DNA of 64,000 nucleotides from an uncultured cyanobacterium (GTDB lineage Bacteria; Cyanobacteriota; Cyanobacteriia; Cyanobacteriales; CAWCAG01): NCBI GenBank assembly GCA_963793425.1, contig CAWCAG010000007.1, positions 960,001 to 1,024,000 of the forward strand, read 5' to 3'. Shown piece by piece: positions 60,239 to 64,000 of this stretch (position 1 is its first letter; each line of letters starts with the position of its first letter). The notes under the pieces were generated by a model. It saw only the letters and a program-made list of their open reading frames with translations, ran no database searches and was not told where the DNA came from. The position numbers and the translations under genes were made by a program.

Positions 60239-62059
60239 TTATTTACTAGTTTCCCTTAGTTTCAAAACCTTGCTTTTTGAAGACATATTAAGTCTCAAGA
60301 TTTGTATTTCGCACCATCGTAATCCTTTTTCTAATTCAGGAAAAGCCTTGGTTATTTTCTCCTCTTCATCCCAAGCTTTTCCTTGAATTAATAAGTTTTT
60401 GATAGTTAAATTAAAGTTAGTGAAAAGCAAGTTAACTTTATGGTTTTGAGCAAGCTTAAATATTTTAGCGAAACTTAGTACAGCAGAAGAATCGAGACTA
60501 TCAACAGCAGTAAAATCGAAAATAATAAAATTCACCTGGGGTACTTCAGTAGCTGCGAATCGCTGGCGAACTTTCTTAAGTAAGTTATTAGCTGTACCGA
60601 AAAAGATTGCTCCTTGAAGTTGAAGAATATAAATTTGTTGTTTTTGTTCTGTGGTTAGCTCACTTAATTTCAGATAATCTTGACCGGAAAATTCTTGCTT
60701 GACAATCTCAATTTTACTGTAATTAATAGCAAATAAAAGCACAGCTAAAGAAAAGCCAACTAATACCCCTTCTAAAAAGCCAATGGTATTAATGATAATG
60801 ACGATAGCTACAATAATTAGATATTCAGGCAAAGGAAATTTAAACCAAGCTTGGTATAGCCATTTCACAGACAAATCTAAACCCAGATAAAACAGTAAAC
60901 TGCCAATAATTGGTTTAGGAAAAACAGCCAAAAAGGAAGAACCAAGTAATAAGACGGCGGCGCAAGGAATGGTTTTAAAAACTCCTGCTAAGCGATTATT
61001 TGCTCCCATTTTATAGACTAAAATGGTACTTGGTAAAGCTTGGTTGCCTACCATGCCACTTCCTAAACCAGCAGCAATGTTAGCTAATCCTACAGCTTGC
61101 AATTCTTGGTTAAGATCCACTTCTTTATCTATGGCTAACTCAATACCACTGTTAGTTAACACCAAAGAGATTAAGCTAATCAACATTACTGTAGCAATAG
61201 TGGCTGCTTGACTGGCGATAATTGAGAAATCCACTTGCTGCAAAGTCCTCCAGGTTAAGGGTTGCCACAACTCACCTTCAGGAAATGGCCCTAATAACCA
61301 TCCTCCTGCCCTGGCTTCAACCAAGGAAGTGTTGGTAAGAAAAAGGATCAGGTAAAAGATTCCGGTAGCAGCCAGCATTATCCCTGGCATAACGAGGAAA
61401 TGCTGGTAATACTTAAAAACAACGAGCAAAATCAGCCCCAGAATTAAGCCAGAAAGCCATTGCCAAAGAATATCTCCTTGGCACAACAAAGGGAGATTAA
61501 CCCAGGTAAGATGTTCCCCCGTTAGCACCTGAATTGCCCCGCGAATTAGTAAACATCCAGTCCCAGCCATAAATCCTCCCACTACGGGATAGGGAATGAA
61601 TTGGATGGCTTTACCAAGGTGTAGTTTACCCAAAATAAATAAGAAAAGTCCTGTCAGCAGAGAACTAATGGCAATAGCAGCAACTACAGTTACCAAAATT
61701 TCATCCTCTGTTCCTGCTGTCATATTTTGCGCGATCGCCCCTGCTAAAATAGCTAAAATAGCTGTAGGTGCAGCTAAGGGGGTAGCAATCATACCAGGAA
61801 GAGAACTCAGCAAAGCTACAACAATACTAATGGCGGCTGTACTAAAGACAGCAATACCGACTCCGATAGTGAGATGATCAGAAAGACTACCAGAAAAAAT
61901 CAAGGCAGCATAGGAGATAGCGCGAATTACTCCAATTACCCCTGTAAGCAAACCTGCTATTAAACTAGGAATTAATTTGCTAGGATGCAACTCTGCAATG
62001 AGGATAGACTTTTCCTGGGGTTTTTGTTGTTCGCTCAGTACCGTTTCTAATTGTGTCAT
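60239..62059 (-). CDS. SulP/SLC26 anion transporter with STAS domain
   Basis: FIPYPVVGGFMAG and NQELQAVGLANI; STAS motifs LQGAIFFG and DFTAVDSLDSSA. Confidence 0.9.
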   Translation of the reverse strand: MTQLETVLSEQQKPQEKSILIAELHPSKLIPSLIAGLLTGVIGVIRAISYAALIFSGSLSDHLTIGVGIAVFSTAAISIVVALLSSLPGMIATPLAAPTAILAILAGAIAQNMTAGTEDEILVTVVAAIAISSLLTGLFLFILGKLHLGKAIQFIPYPVVGGFMAGTGCLLIRGAIQVLTGEHLTWVNLPLLCQGDILWQWLSGLILGLILLVVFKYYQHFLVMPGIMLAATGIFYLILFLTNTSLVEARAGGWLLGPFPEGELWQPLTWRTLQQVDFSIIASQAATIATVMLISLISLVLTNSGIELAIDKEVDLNQELQAVGLANIAAGLGSGMVGNQALPSTILVYKMGANNRLAGVFKTIPCAAVLLLGSSFLAVFPKPIIGSLLFYLGLDLSVKWLYQAWFKFPLPEYLIIVAIVIIINTIGFLEGVLVGFSLAVLLFAINYSKIEIVKQEFSGQDYLKLSELTTEQKQQIYILQLQGAIFFGTANNLLKKVRQRFAATEVPQVNFIIFDFTAVDSLDSSAVLSFAKIFKLAQNHKVNLLFTNFNLTIKNLLIQGKAWDEEEKITKAFPELEKGLRWCEIQILRLNMSSKSKVLKLRETSK

Positions 62060-62224
62060 TGGTTTTTGAGCCGAGTTTCCTTGTTTCCAACATTTTTAAT
62101 TTTACATTTTTAATTTAGACTTCCCTAAAGCAATTCTGATTTTGTCTCTTTCTTTTCTAGGGATGTTTGCTATAGCTTATGGCTATGTGCTGGGGTTAAG
62201 TATTTATCAACGGCGTTAATTCAT

Positions 62225-63175
62225 TTAAAGAATTTTAAAAGTTGTACCAATAAACCAAACATAAATAATAATAAATAACCATCCTTCCCAGATAGTTAGC
62301 TTTTTGTCTTGAGTAGCAAAAAATAGTAATAAAGTTCCTGCCAACAAAGTAGGAATACCGCTCATCAAAACTGTATTAGGAATCTCTAGATTTCCTACTA
62401 ACCTTGGTATACCCATAACCATAAAAGCATTAAAAATATTAGAACCTAAAACATTACCTACAGCAACTTCTTCTTGACCTTTTTTAGCAGCATTAATTGT
62501 CACTACTAATTCAGGTAAAGATGTACCTAGGGCAACAGCACTTACGGCAATAATTTCTTTAGCAATGCCAATAATTGCAGAAATTTTCACTAAAGAATCA
62601 ATAGTATATTTAGCCCCTAAATAAATAAAGACTACGCTTAAAATAACAATGCAAGCTTGCTTCAATAAATAACCAGAACTCTCCCTTGGCGTAACAGCTT
62701 CTTCCTGCCCACTATCTTGAGTATCTCTTACGGTATAAAACAAATACATAATGTAAGCAATAATAAAAATGATTGCTTCTCCTAAAGAGAATGTTTTATC
62801 CCAAACAGCTAGCACCAAAAGAAATGCAGAGCCAACAAACAAAGGCAAATCAACACTAACTAAATCATAGGTAATCCTCAGACCTTTAGTACCGACAATA
62901 CAAGCTACACCAATAATTAAACACACATTAGCAATATTAGAACCAACTACATTCGCTACAACTATTTCTGAAGAGCCTTCCATAACCGCAATAATAGAAG
63001 AGATTAATTCTGGTAAAGACGTACCAATAGAAACAATTGTGACCCCAATAATAAAAGGCGGTAAACCAACATACAGACCAATCTTTTCTGCGGAATCAGT
63101 AAAAAAATCAGAAGCTTTAACTAAAACCAACAGGCTAGCAACAAAAATTAAACAAAAAAGGAGTAATTCGGACAT
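62225..63175 (-). CDS. Ca2+/Na+ antiporter (YrbG/CaCA family)
   Basis: Two alpha repeats GTSLPEL...GSNI. Confidence 0.92.
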   Translation of the reverse strand: MSELLLFCLIFVASLLVLVKASDFFTDSAEKIGLYVGLPPFIIGVTIVSIGTSLPELISSIIAVMEGSSEIVVANVVGSNIANVCLIIGVACIVGTKGLRITYDLVSVDLPLFVGSAFLLVLAVWDKTFSLGEAIIFIIAYIMYLFYTVRDTQDSGQEEAVTPRESSGYLLKQACIVILSVVFIYLGAKYTIDSLVKISAIIGIAKEIIAVSAVALGTSLPELVVTINAAKKGQEEVAVGNVLGSNIFNAFMVMGIPRLVGNLEIPNTVLMSGIPTLLAGTLLLFFATQDKKLTIWEGWLFIIIYVWFIGTTFKIL

Positions 63176-63390
63176 TTATTAACAAAATACCATGATCAAT
63201 TCTTAGATAATATATGGTAAAACAAGAGTTTAGTAAGGTACAGCTTAAATCTTGTTTTTGTTAATAGCTAGTTGCTAATGGCTAGTGGCTAGTAGAGATG
63301 ACTCAGAGTTATGGGATTTTAGCTAAGAGAAGTTCAATCAAGATAGGAAAAACCTCTCTCTAGTCATCCTTCAGATGAGTTTAGCTATAA

Positions 63391-63412
63391 GCCACCGAAT
63401 TTATTCGTGGGC
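63391..63412. repeat. Imperfect hairpin, REP-like or IS200/605-end-like
   Basis: GCCACCGAATTTATTCGTGGGC. Confidence 0.4.
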
Positions 63413-63534
63413 GGTAAATGAGAGAAGGCTTTTAATTTCAGTATTTTTTCTTGGCAAAAGTAAATTTTACCTTGATTGCATCAGTTAGAATACGAGCATA
63501 TTCCCGTTAAAATATTCATCCTGCTTACCCAATC

Positions 63535-63969
63535 ATGAAACCTCGCTACTGGTTTGCACTATCTAGCTTTTTTGTTTTGTCTTTATCTGGTTACAGTGAG
63601 TTGAACAAATTTCTTAAATCAAGAGAAATTAATCGCAAAACTTCTGCTGATCTTGTTTTAATTAGCTATAAAGACGAAGGAAACAATGGCAGTAGCTTGA
63701 TGGCAAAAGAAGAGGCTTCAGCAAAAGTGTTGAAATCTGCGGTGGATACTGAAGAAAGAAAAACCCAGATTAATGTTTTTAAAGGGGATGTTTCTACTAA
63801 TTTTTATTTTGCTAACCGCCTCAAAATTTTTGGGAGAATTGTTGCGGATGCAGCGACTTTAGCTGTGTCATGCCACTACTGGACTAACTCACCTAAAATG
63901 ATGCTTGAGAATTTCCCAAAACTTTGGTATCTAGTGGGCATTGCCCACACTACTATTGCACTACTTTAG
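63535..63969 (+). CDS. Exported hypothetical protein; 3' end probably derived from repeats
   Basis: Signal-like N-terminus; the last ~37 codons overlap the repeat element below. Confidence 0.45.
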   Translation: MKPRYWFALSSFFVLSLSGYSELNKFLKSREINRKTSADLVLISYKDEGNNGSSLMAKEEASAKVLKSAVDTEERKTQINVFKGDVSTNFYFANRLKIFGRIVADAATLAVSCHYWTNSPKMMLENFPKLWYLVGIAHTTIALL

Positions 63970-63986
63970 CTGTGTCACGCCACTAC
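63856..63986. repeat. 24-bp direct repeats enclosing a REP-like hairpin
   Basis: ACTTTAGCTGTGTCA(T/C)GCCACTAC at 63856-63879 and 63963-63986; GTGGGCA-T-TGCCCAC at 63934-63948. Confidence 0.8.
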
Positions 63987-64000
63987 AAGAGAATGACTTT

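Noticed and set aside
1919..61738. Frequent GCGATCGC octamers
   Set aside because: Ordinary cyanobacterial HIP1; used only as a taxonomic cue.
356..61877. Numerous 60-110 aa ORFs antisense to or overlapping recognised genes (e.g. 6609..6863, 18756..19073, 44621..44941, 61596..61877)
   Set aside because: Shadow frames of well-supported genes with no recognisable motifs.
60239..62059. BicA bicarbonate transporter compensating for BCT1 loss
   Set aside because: SulP family, but I do not recognise BicA-specific similarity; the substrate cannot be assigned.
63856..63986. CRISPR repeat-spacer-repeat
   Set aside because: Only two repeats, with an 83-nt spacer that itself contains a REP hairpin.

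Overview
AT-rich chromosomal segment from a cyanobacterium, judged from frequent HIP1 octamers (GCGATCGC), heptamer STRR tandem repeats at gene ends, and ndhF3/ndhD3/cmpA. Core genes include cmpA (partial), ndhF3, ndhD3, hhoA, hisA, nfi, ndbB, lepA and mnmG, interspersed with signalling genes (DUF928 x2, FecR plus CHASE2 adenylate cyclase, FHA proteins, two-component systems). Main points: (1) a RAYT (REP-associated HUH tyrosine transposase) flanked by three ~160-bp REPIN-like units sits next to a pentapeptide-repeat membrane protein gene. That gene has a scrambled hexamer-repeat tract, and synonymous base composition flips from G/T-rich to A/C-rich across it (candidate localized hypervariable locus, though an assembly artefact is not excluded). 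(2) A TetR regulator fused to a catalytically dead tyrosine-recombinase-like domain, with twin palindromic operators facing a fatty-acid desaturase. (3) An OmpR-type two-component cluster with one 22-bp box repeated at three promoters, driving phosphatases and two COG4705 proteins. (4) Several deletion scars missed by the ORF track: cmpB'-'cmpD, darT'-'darG, and RHS toxin/immunity debris. No rRNA, tRNA or CRISPR array was recognised. All family calls come from recalled motifs, not database searches.
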